NCBI GenBank assembly: GCA_028534125.1
Contig: CM052817.1
Span: 87,608,001-87,672,000 of the forward strand
DNA: 64,000 bases
Direction of reading: 5' to 3'
Source of the DNA: Lama glama
Taxonomy: Eukaryota
A program made the translations under genes and the position numbers. The notes beneath the pieces were generated by a model. The model made no database searches. It saw only the letters and a program-made list of their open reading frames with translations, and was not told where the DNA came from. This document shows, piece by piece, positions 52,707 to 64,000 of the stretch; position 1 is the first letter of the stretch; each line of letters starts with the position of its first letter.

Positions 52707-54710
52707 AAACCAATAAAACTTACTGTCATTCACATCTTTCCCTTTTAACTTCAATTAATATTCTACCATCTGATTAACCTTGGCCTTCAAAACTGTTGGG
52801 AATATCATTTACCTTAATCATTCATTCTCCCATTCATTGCTCATACCTTTGTGTATCACCTTCCTCTCTTTATTAGCATCCATGACTCAGGGGAGGGCCG
52901 ACTCTTAGGCATTCTGGGTTCTTCATATACGTAGCAGAGGATTCACTTAGGCTGTCTCCCTTAGAAATTCCTGGGAAATTTCTAAAATTGCCCCAGCAAT
53001 TACTCCAAGCCTTTGTCCAACAAAGTTTCTGTTTAACCTGTGCTTACTATCCCAAAGTAGCCCCACTCCTCTTCATATGTAAAAGCTGATGAGTATTTAT
53101 CCATTTGCTTCATTTTTTATGCAAACTCATATTCAAAGAAACTCAGTAAACTCCACTATAGGCCAAATTTCTTGACAGCTTGGGGAGTGGAAACAGAAGT
53201 GGGAGGTTGGGAGTTGGGAAAGCGTGTTTTCCAGGGAGTTAACCACCCACAATCAAGAGCATTTACAGAAACCCAAGTTCAAAGATAAATGCCTACCTCA
53301 ACTCCATGCCTTTTTACTGTCTAGAACTTAACAGAAGCAAGCTGGGAGGTTTTCATGGTTTTTTTCTTTTTTTTGCACAAGAACTAAACTAGCATGCTTT
53401 AAAAAGTACAAGTGAAACTTCAGAAGGCTAAGTGGCTCTGAAGTAACGGTAAAAGTCCTAGAAGGGGAGGTGAATTGTAAAAGGGATGGTTCCAAAGGGA
53501 TCTCTGGTAACTATACAGTAGTTAAACTGACTTGGCTGCTAAAATACCTTCTGGATCTGAACATCAGTCAAGAAAAGTAAAAAAATATACATTTTTATTT
53601 TGGTTAAAGAAAATGTGCTTAAAATTCAAGACAATGTTTGATATTCTAATTCCCATTTTTACTATTTTCTCACATTTCCTTTTAAAAACATTAAATCAGA
53701 ACATTTTACTTATTTTAATAAAAAAACTTATAGGTACTTGTTTATAAGCACAATGGATCATTTCATGGTGTAAATTATGGGGTAATATTTCACACCTTGT
53801 GCATTAAATGGAGCTCAGTACAGTCTTATATCTAACAATGCAAAGGGTGTGAATTATTATATCATAATTCACATCCTGTTGTGTTGTGCTTCTTAAATGT
53901 CCTCTCTTTGTAGGAAAAAACAGCACTTTATTCTCATCTGTCCCATTCTTAAATTTGAGTTTGGATATACGGTTTTGGAGGACTGTACAAAAATGCAAGT
54001 CAAACTATACTTTAATGCTGTGGATTATGATATGATTTTGTTTTACATTTGAAACACTGCTGACTAATTTAAATCAAGGTATATGACAGTACTAACAAAA
54101 GAAATCAATGGACATCGGAATAGGTATTATACATTTGTTGTAGAAGCTTATTTGTCTGTCAGATGACCTTAGATTATTCCCTTAATGTTAAATATGTCTG
54201 CTTGCAACTTATTTTCACAAATTGAGGCAAGAAGTTATATATTAATTATTTGAATGTCATCCAGATGTTAACTCTCTTTTACAGTTAGAGATCTATCCTG
54301 GAAATACTGTAAAAGTTTCCTTTACTTGTTAACTTTGGAAGTCATAGTATAAATATTTTGGTAATTCTACCAGTGTTGTTAATGCTAAATGTTTTTTTAA
54401 TTAAATTAAAAAGTGAAAATTGGTGTAGAAATTCTTATTCACATGTATCTATGTTTGGCTTAGAAATGTATACTTTCAAAATTAAGGGCTGTTAGGTGTT
54501 TTCTATATTAGTTTCAGAATTCTACATAAAAAAGCAGCATCAGAAATTGTTTGACTCAATCTGCTTTTTGTTTGCTTGTTTAAGAGACAAACTTAATTCC
54601 AGAGATAAACAAATTTGATAATAGAGGGTTTAAATATTCAACTTTTCTGTCATAGGTTTTGTGAGATGTGCTGCATGAGTCTCAATTTTTCCTTCTATTA
54701 CACACTTAAT

Positions 54711-54757
54711 AAAGCAGAGCACCGGTACTTAGCTTTCAGATAAGATTAAGAGCACAC
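54711..54757 (-). pseudogene. Degenerate 5S rRNA-like fragment with internal deletion
   Basis: aaagcagagcaccggta resembles the reverse complement of the 5S 3' end (aaagcctacagcacccggta). It is joined to cttagctttcagataagattaagagcac, which resembles cttagcttccgagatcagacgagatcgggcgc. Confidence 0.45.
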
Positions 54758-54784
54758 ACATACAAACTGTGCTTTCTTTGGTAC

Positions 54785-54968
54785 TTTTTATTATTTAAGT
54801 TTAAACTTTAATTAACTACAATTAAACAAAATTAAAAATTAAGTTCCTCAGACACATAAGCCACATTTTAAGGGCTCGGTACTCACATGTAACTCGTGAC
54901 GACCATCTTGAACAATGCAGTTATAGACTAGTTCCATCACTGCAGGAAGTTTTACTGGAGTGTGCTGA
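54785..54968. mobile_element. MER33/MER3 hAT-Charlie fragment
   Basis: aaaattaaaaattaagttcctcagacacataagccacattttaag...ttccatcactgcaggaagttttactggagtgtgctg. Confidence 0.8.
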
Positions 54969-55178
54969 CATATATATGTATATTTAAATCACAAATATAT
55001 TTATAATTTAAAACATAAAACATGGTTTAAAGTGGATGCTTCTACTTGCTAATCAAATTGGGTAGACAATAAGAAATCACTAGGAACTCTAGCTTAAAAA
55101 TGATTTAACTCACTTAAAGGTATTTTTTAAAATTTCACTAAAGAATCTATCTCAATCATCATTGATGCTTTCATTTAA

Positions 55179-55204
55179 TTGTTTGTTTGTTTGTTTGTTT
55201 GTTT
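55179..55204. repeat. (TTTG)n microsatellite
   Basis: Seen directly. Confidence 0.9.
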
Positions 55205-58149
55205 TTAAACACATCTCTTCACCCCAACATACCATTAAAAATCTTGGCTACAAACTGCAAACTATTTACTTTAAGAAAATATGAACTCAACATTGCTCTG
55301 AGAAGGTTTAAAAAGTGAAGCTGGATCCCAAAGGGATTCCTCTTTTTATTTAATACACATTTGATAGGTATTATCTCCCTTGATTCATATCAAATATATT
55401 CATTTTTCCTCATCTCCATGTTATCTAAGTTACTTTCATGCAATTATTATACAGATTTATTTTTGTTGATTTATAAATACCTATTATAGTTTTGACTTCA
55501 AAATGTAAGTAGACTTTAATATAATTGGATGTGACTGGCCTTGTTTTTATAATTAATTTTCATGTTTGTTTGCTGAATGTATTATGTACACTTTTGAGCA
55601 GTTTGCCACATGCAATTAATTGTAGAATATTTGACCTGATATGCTATTTTTCCTTTAATTAAAACTCTAACTCTTTGCTGTGATGAAGATTGGCACAGTG
55701 GAAAAGGCAAATACTCTGAAAAAGAGTGTAAATTAACTAGCTTCAAGGAAGTGCACATACTGCAGAATGAAGTGAGAAAAGATTAATGTCATCTAATACA
55801 TATCTCATGCTCTAGCCTATGGAAATTATTATGACATGTTACTCATTCAAGCACTCATCCTTTAATCATTTATTTAGCACCTACTATTACAAGTTACTGT
55901 ATTAGATGAATGTAAAGCTAGAAACTCAGGAAGCAATGAGAAAATCAGAGTAGCAGAAAGTCATTAGAAGAAGACCTGGTTCAGAAAATTTTCAAGGAGA
56001 TTAAGTTTTGCTGAATTAAGGTAGAATTAAATAGAGGGAAACTTTTGAAATGATCAGTGACTATGCACTGTTCTCCAACTGTTGGCTCCTGCTGCACAAT
56101 GAGCGTCTTGCTACATGCTCAGGCCTGGATGTAGCTGATGGAGAGTCAGCCAAGAGGTAAGTGTTGTGGAACTGGGGAGCATACAAACGTCTAAGGAGAA
56201 CAGATATTTCTTATGTTGCCAGACAATACATAATATTATCTCATTTTATTCATCCTGCTCTTTCTCTGGGCCCCCATTTCATGACTAACGCATGCCCAAA
56301 CATTCTCATTCCTCTCATTGTCTGCTATTTTTGTGTTCAGACTTTAATTCTCCCCTGAACACAGAGATTTTCCTGTATCCCTCAAAGTGGAGGATGCTTG
56401 GGTCAGCTGACTAAAGCCCCTCTGGCCATCTCAGGCACTCTTCCTTACTTTACTAGTGAGATGGCTTATCATTGGCAGTATTTTCTTCCACAGCAAATCT
56501 TCCCCTCATCCTGGCTAATTGTACTGTCCACAAGGGCAAGATCTTTGGTGATTTTCTCTCAGTCATTGAACTCTGTAACTCCTGAGACTTCATCTCTTCA
56601 GCTACAAACTCCTGAGAACTTTGATCACTAAAATTATTCTATTTCTAAAGTTACAAATTCTGCCTACATAACTCCCTTCTATCTCTCTCACCAGTATTCA
56701 CTGAAAATATTAAGAATAAAAATATAAAAATTGGACTATAATTCCATGAACCTAAAAGCACTTAAAATATCTTTAAAATTTTTTTGTTATTTTAGAAAAA
56801 ATAAATTCATCAAACTTCTACTGTTCATCTTTCAAGGGTTTCACATGTGGGGAAAAGCTTATTCAGTATAAGCAAATCTAATACTCGGCATGCTCTGAAA
56901 TTCACATAAGCTCTTTTATAGAATCTTCAATAGTTAATCAGCCTTGTTTTTCTACGGCAGTACAAAACTAGGTTGCTTTAATTTAGAAGATTTGTATTGG
57001 TTTTTCACAGAAAAAAGCTATCAGCTTCTGCGCCACCACCCTTTATAGAGGGAAAACATCTTTCCACTGGATGACTGCAGGAGCCACAAATGATCTTCCT
57101 GCTCCCTATTTTGACTAGTTTATATAATTAAAATAGAAATAGCCATACTTCTCAAAGGCCATATTATTCTTAACCCACTCACACTTGTGTTTTCAAGGGT
57201 GCATTTATCATATATTATGATTTATGTTCCAGTTTTCACATTTCTTAATTACCTGGCTCCCTAAACATAGTACATTCGGTTTATTAACAAAAAATGAGTA
57301 CTGGTACACATTATTTCCCACTTGTCTTCCCTTAAAGCTCCCTAACACTCAAGCAAAGAAAAAACTGTCTAAGGTTAATGTAGGTCACATTAATCCAAAT
57401 ATTTTGATATTTTTAAAGTAAATAAAACCCAAAACTAAATATGTGAAAAGTCAATCCTGAAGCCAGTAATGATAATGGGGTATGCATAAATGAATAGTTT
57501 TTACTAAAATTTTTAATATCCAAAAAGCCAAAATAAAAAATGTAAACCCTTTCATAAGGCCATGGGGCAGATAAAGACAGGAGACGTGTAATTGCAATGT
57601 ATCCTGTAATGGAATCACAGTCTGTGTAGAAGCTGATTAAGGTTAATTTGAATCACATCAATTTGAATTAACATGGCCTTTGCAGAATGAACAACACCTT
57701 AGTGCCAACATGATCAATTAGTACCTTACCTCCATGCATCCGCCTGGAAAGGTTAGATTTATTAGTTATCAAGATAACATTTTAGAATGCAAATCCATGT
57801 TGCTTTACTTCCTCTAACCCACCTCACCTGAGCACCTGGAAAGTCTCAGGACAGATGTGTCTTGGAGGGAAATCATCTATAATGTATAGCAAGAAATGAC
57901 ATATGGAGAAAAAAGGAACCAGAATTACCTAAAAGACAGTTTTATCTATTTACGAATGCTGTACAAATAAGTTCAAGTTATCTAATTAAGATTATAACTC
58001 AGGATAAATAATTGGTTTCATTATAAGGCATGTAGATGTATGTTACTTGTATGCATTTTAAATTTTAGAGTTTGGAATGCCCTTGTATCCTGTATCCGAA
58101 CTGCCCATCTCCATCCCCCATTCTCACAGGTTTTTATTACTCATATTTT

Positions 58150-58690
58150 CACTTGTGATTGGTATATAACCAATCACAAAAACTACTTGCTTAAAATGAC
58201 AACAAAATTATTTGCTCATGGTGATTCTGCAGCTTGCACAGGGAAACACAGCTCATGCATTCTCTGTTTCATCTGGGACAATTCACCTGGAGCTGGAGCA
58301 TCCAGAATGGCATCCCCTGGTGTTGCTGTTGCCTCACCAGGTATTACTGAAATGAGTGAGGATGGCGGGGTTTCTCTCTCTCCACTTCTTAGTCAGTTAT
58401 CATCTGAGGCCTCTCTCTTTCCAAGAACTCTCCTTTCCCAAAGGTACCTAGACTTCTTTATGATGCCTGCCTTCTAGGAGAAGGTAACAGAAGTTGCTAT
58501 GGCTTTTAAGTACTAGGCCTACAAGTAGCAAAGTATCACTTCCATTAATTAAAGTAAGTCTCAGAACCAGCCCCCATTGAAAGCAATGTGAAACCCACTC
58601 ACTGTCTGGATGGAAGGCATAACATACTAAGATATATCCACATGGATGGGAGAAATTGTCAGTGGCCATGTTTGTAGTCATTTGAGATTT
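58150..58690 (-). mobile_element. MLT1 (MaLR) LTR
   Basis: taaccaatcacaaaaactacttgcttaaaatgacaac...ttatttgctcatgg...ggagctggagcatccagaatggc...gtggccatgtttg. Accounts for the 145-aa ORF. Confidence 0.75.
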
Positions 58691-58739
58691 CACAGCCAGG
58701 GCTGAGTCCTGTTCTAACACAGTCATCTGAAGCTAGGCC

Positions 58740-58915
58740 AAGGGTACCTTTCTACCCCTTGTCATTATACGTATCACACTTCATTGAAATGATTTGTGAC
58801 TGCCTCCTTGCAAGAACATGAGAAACAAGAACATAATCAATTCTTAATTATCCTTCTCTCATCTGTATTTAGAACAGGTCTGGCAAAACAAGTGCTCAAT
58901 AAAAGACTGCCAAAT
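58740..58915 (+). mobile_element. L2 3' end
   Basis: tttagaacaggtctggcaaaacaagtgctcaataaaag matches the L2 terminus. Confidence 0.6.
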
Positions 58916-61859
58916 GTAACCCAAACTTTAACATGGTTTTCCAAGATATTCTGATGGCTGACTGAGAAAAGTTGAATTTGGGAAGAGGAACACACAAAAC
59001 TTATGGTGACCATGTAACTAGAATACTTCATGAAAAAAAATTAATAATAAAATGAAATTAGATTAAGAAGGCCCAGAAATTTATATATAATAGCACTTTG
59101 CTCTAAGTGGGGAAATGCATAAAACATTTCATTCTACTTTGCTTTATTTGTATCTCTGCTTTAACTACAATAACTCATTTTTGGCTCATTTAATATGAAT
59201 ATCTGTATGTGGCATTTGTAAATATTCTCACAGTTGTAAATTTTCACAAACCTAGATATTTCAAGAAATGTAAGAAAGGAAGGTATTGGAGGGAGTAAAC
59301 TTTTCCTGAGGGAAAAATTTCAGGACTGAAACTTTGAGAAAACTATTCATCAAAATCTACAGCCTGCATTTGTATATTTGAAAGATATGGGAGTCTCTTC
59401 TTCCTCTAGCATTTCCATTTATCTATTTCCTTTCCTTGCCGTTGGAAATAGCTGTGAACTTTTTGAAACCATTTAAATGAACTATTTCAAAGCAGCAAGA
59501 TGATTCTGTATAAAACCATTTCTTTAAAATGCTTAATAAATGGCATTTAATATTTTTTTTCTTTAATGCAGCAGAGGGCTTCATAGAACCCAGGGCTAAC
59601 TTCCCTATCCATTCTAAAGACATGTGAGAAAGAGAAATAAAGATCTGTGTATGACACTTTGTCTAGTCCTGATATAAAACTTTGGTCAGTGACAAGAGTA
59701 GCTGTAAAACTCTTAAGATTTTTTTGAAAAAGAAAATGAGGTAAAAATTTATTTCATTGAAAACATTAAAGGCTGAACAGTTTTGCTATCTGGGGGAAAA
59801 TATTTTTTCAACAGAAATAACTAAAAATAACAAATATTTTATAAACACACTGAAGAAATCATTTATGTGTCACTAATTGCCTAGATACAATAGAAATTCT
59901 GTCTACAAGTCGGAATCACAATGAAGAATATAAACTGCTACTTTCCTATGTTAGCAGTAGCTTTGTTTATGTACATCAGGATTTAAGTTGCTGGTTTGCC
60001 AATTAATTTCATTAGCTTTCTATTTCTGTTCATAATGTCGATGGCTGTAAGAAAGGTCTATTTGAAACGTGTCACTAGAGATATCCTTTCTGACTTAGAA
60101 AATCACTTTAATGTGAAATTTATCTGCTAGACACAGGAACCTGAACACAATAAATAAACTTGCAATTTTCTTCCAATTATTCATGTGTATAAGTCACAAG
60201 GCTAGAAATTCTATAGCAGGTGTACAGCAAAAATGCAAAGCAAGGAAAAATTTGACCATAGGTTTTATTACTGGGGAAGGAATTGTTAAAGAGGCTACAA
60301 GCAGAGTAAGGTTGGAAGGTTAGGACCTACCCACATAGTTGGTGCAAAGTTTGCAGTGAATGGAGCAACTAAAAACACATACTCCTTTCCCCAAACTGGT
60401 CAGCAAAAGGATACAGGAAAATGAGGGGGACTTACGTACCCGAAAACTTCTTTGAGAGTAGCTTTGCCAACCTTCAAACACCAACTTTCTGGTATGATAA
60501 TTATGGTCAATATTAGTGGTCAAATACCCATCTTTGGAAGCATTCCAAACATACAATTACTTAATATAAAACAATTAACATTTGTATAACTAACTTTCAG
60601 TAATACTGCATGTTCCATTATATTTTCTAGCAAAAGATGTGACTGTTATAAAAATATCACAAAAGTAGCTTTTAGCAAACACTGGTCTGTGAATTTAAAA
60701 TATTGACATCTAGTGTTGAAATATGTTGACATAAACTTACTAAAATTAAAAATGTAACAGATATTCATCTGCATTTTGTTTAGCTGAATATGTCTGTTTT
60801 CTTTTTAATTTTCATCCAAGGAACAATCTGGAGTTTTTATCTATTTCCTGTCACTCTCATTTAATAATTATGTCTGGTGTTTGTTCATCTTAGCACATTT
60901 CATACTCATCAATGCAAATAGCCTGTCTTTGTTTATGAAACTCTAAACAATGCTTGAATAAAGTGTTGTGTGCTTCCTTCTGTTTAATAAATGATTGCTG
61001 ACTGTATCACCTTAGTTGATATTCCATTCAAATACACAAAATTTATATATATATATGTATGCATATATTCACATATAATTAATTAATTTCTGTCATATGC
61101 ATACAATATGAATTTGTTTTATACTGTTTCGCATAGTAGTCACAAGAGTAATATGAAATATTTGAAAAGATTTGGACAAAATGAGAAAATTTTTGACCTT
61201 AATGAAAAATAAATAATTAGCCATAAAAAAAAATACAGTTAAGAAGAGAAAACAGACTGTGTTGTTGGAGACAGTTGTTAAAATTAGTTGTATCAGTTTA
61301 TGAAGTCACAATCTCTTGAGTCTAAACTTAATAATCTTTAAACTAGAGAAAATCAAATTTATATCATTTGAGTATAGCAGTGATTAAATTTCTAAGAAAG
61401 GTCTGGCAGATATGAGATGCTCAATAGTCTATTCTTCCTCTATTATTTTTAAGACAGATGCATGGTGTTTGCTCATTCTTTGTAATCTAAGGAGATTGTA
61501 TAATCCAGGGAAAGGAACAAGAGGCTTCTATTTTAGGAAAACCTAGGTTCACATCCCAGTCTGTGCCTGGGATTTAGCCTAAGTGGTCTTTCCAAGTCTA
61601 ATTTCCATATCTTCAAAATGTATTTCAAATTTTCTACTATATAATAATATAATGACTATTAATATGGCTAATATATGTCACTCACCTTATACATTATTTG
61701 GTATATAATTATGACAATAGCAATATGTTATATTTATATATTCACTTTATGATAAGCTCTGGAATAAGCACTTTACATACATTATCTCATTTAATACCCA
61801 ATTATTTCATCATTATTATCTTTACTAGTTTCTCAAATTATTTTCAATTACTTAAGTAA

Positions 61860-62045
61860 GTCTAAAGAACTTTCTGCAATAATGGAAGTTGTTTGGGCTT
61901 CTGGGGGGAGGAGTATTGTCCTGTATGGTAACCATCAGTCACATGCGATAAATGAAATGTAGCTAGTGTGACCGAAGATTTTTTAAAGCTTAATTTTATG
62001 TAATTTAAATGTGATTGTTGGATATGTATGAGACAGCATGCACTT
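61860..62045. mobile_element. MER3 hAT-Charlie element
   Basis: agaactttctgcaataatggaa...atggtaaccatcagtcacatg...tgaaatgtagctagtgtgaccgaag. Confidence 0.75.
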
Positions 62046-63573
62046 AAACTGTACAAATATCACACTAAGTATATGGATGTAAATAGAATTTGGAGATTTT
62101 TCTAAAGTCAGAAATATTTAAAGTTTGTACCTATAATTTAGCACTTAATCTTACATTATTCTGCTGATTGTTTAAAGTATGTTAGTGCTGTTAGCCCAGA
62201 TTTTGCTGTGAACACTTTGAGGGCAGTGGCTATGTTTTTGGTTTGGAGTTTTTTTTCCTACATGCATGTGGCAGGAAGCCTTTGCACAATCCTGCCCAGT
62301 TAGGCTGAGGGACTTCCTTACCACATGATAATATTTCCTTCATCTATGACAATTTAGAACTGGCTAAACTACTATGGTTTAGGCTATCTGATTAAGAAGA
62401 GGTAATATATAACAAAGGATGGAGACCAGATATGAGATATTCTCTTTATAACATACCATAACTTTGTGAAGAGAATTTATAGTCTTTTTTTTTTTTTTAA
62501 CTTTGAAAGTACTTTATTAAGGACTAAAGGAAATCTGCTTCTCCAGGACTAAAATAAGAATATAAAAAAAAATGTTAAAACCAAACACTACCATTTTTGG
62601 TCATTTGGGTTTAAAATTACGTGTTACTCTAGGATAAAAAATTAAGGAAAATTGGTTCAAAGAGCTTGACTAGGATCAGATCTCCTTTTTGTTTATCTGT
62701 AACAGGATGGAAAAGATATCAAATATCTCTGATAGTTTTAAAGAGGATGGAATTTACACATGAAGGAAAGAGAACATGACAAAAACTTTATCTTATATTC
62801 AAATAAAGATTATAAGGGGATTTTGCCCCAGAGCCAATCTAATTGATGCCTTTATCTCAAGATATCACTCACTGTTTACTCAGTTTTTTTAAAAAAAGAA
62901 TAATCTATAAATTAATGAGGGAGGGTTGTCTACCTAGGAAAAGTAATTATTCCTTCATCTTTGGTCAAAATTCACACAAAGTATTTTAACTCCTACTTAA
63001 TGTTTAGAAATACTTACAGCAAAATCAGTTTTTGGATCTGGAAAATGGGGATAGATTATCCATTCCAAACTTTCCTCTACATGGAGAAGAAACTGTCCCA
63101 GAAAATAGGCAGACTTGTTTACTGTAACCAAGTTGATCAGCAGCAGAGTCAAAATGAAAATGCACATTTTTTTCTCATTCTGGTGTTCTTTCTAAATTAT
63201 ATTGATGATTATAAGATTACTCTTGGAACAATACTATATATCTGAAGAGCACATAACCTTGAAAACACTAATAGTGTGTGATAAATATTTGATAAATAGA
63301 AAATCGTTGTCCATTCCTTTAAGATCTATCAACCTTAATTTCATTCAAGATGGTCATACATTCTAACTACAGAACATCATAAACCTATGACTCTATAGTT
63401 ATTATAAGACATGGTATGAGTCACCTTTGTGATAGTTAGCCAAGCTTATAAACCTTTCTTACAAAATTCAACTTAACTTACTTAATTCCATTATCAAATT
63501 ATTAGGCCTACTAAAGATATTTTTTATAAGGAATTGAATCAAACAGCACCTACTAAGCTTTGATCAACACTTT

Positions 63574-63935
63574 TTTTCTTTCCAGTTTTATTGAGATATA
63601 ATTGACATATATCACTGTATAAATTTAACATGAACAGCATAATGATTTGACTTAGACACATCATGAAATGATTATTAGTATAAATATAGTGAATATCCAT
63701 CATCTCATAGAAATACAAAATAAAAGAAAAATAAATAAAATCTTTCCTTGTGTTGAGAACTCTTAGGATTTACTCTCTTAACAATGTTCATATATAGCAT
63801 AGAGCAGTGTTAATTATATTCATCATGTTGTACATTACATGTACAACAAGTTCCTAGGGAGGACTTATTTATCTTATGACTGGAAGTTTGTACCACTTGA
63901 ACACCTTCATCCAATTCTCCTTTCTCCCACCCACC
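63574..63935 (-). mobile_element. 5'-truncated L1 3' end with 14-bp TSD
   Basis: ccagttttattgagatataattgacat...gagaactcttaggatttactctcttaac. TSD ttgatcaacacttt at 63560-63573 and 63936-63949. Confidence 0.9.
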
Positions 63936-64000
63936 TTGATCAACACTTTCTAATTGCTGAAATTAGACTGAAATTAATCTAACTGAAAATTAATACACTA

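Noticed and set aside
58040..58477. Longest ORF (145 aa)
   Set aside because: It lies mostly within an MLT1 LTR remnant and shows no recognisable protein similarity.
1..64000. CRISPR arrays, operons, rRNA genes, CpG-island promoter, intact ERV or L1 ORFs
   Set aside because: None seen. The DNA is eukaryotic and CpG-depleted, with only degraded repeats. Tandem repeats have 2-3 copies and no spacers.

Overview
This is mammalian, AT-rich, CpG-depleted genomic DNA. It is most likely camelid, based on two tRNA-derived Vic-1-type SINEs and camelid-type young L1 3' ends. The window reads as deep intron or intergenic sequence. It contains old repeats (L2, MIR, L1M, MLT1 and ERVL-type LTRs, MER3/MER5 hAT fragments), four ERV1-type solo LTRs (three with exact 4-bp TSDs), several 5'-truncated L1s and one 100-N assembly gap. 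I recognised no protein-coding gene, and the ORF track looks like chance or repeat-derived frames. The best-supported unusual structure is a truncated L1 (15685-16121) flanked by an apparent ~175-bp target-site duplication. Other observations are a degenerate 5S-like fragment with an internal deletion, near-perfect palindromes, several enhancer-like unique islands, and a speculative chain of minus-strand mini-exons that could splice into a short hydrophobic peptide. Repeat family names come from recalled consensus similarity, not from a search. Boundaries without TSDs are approximate.
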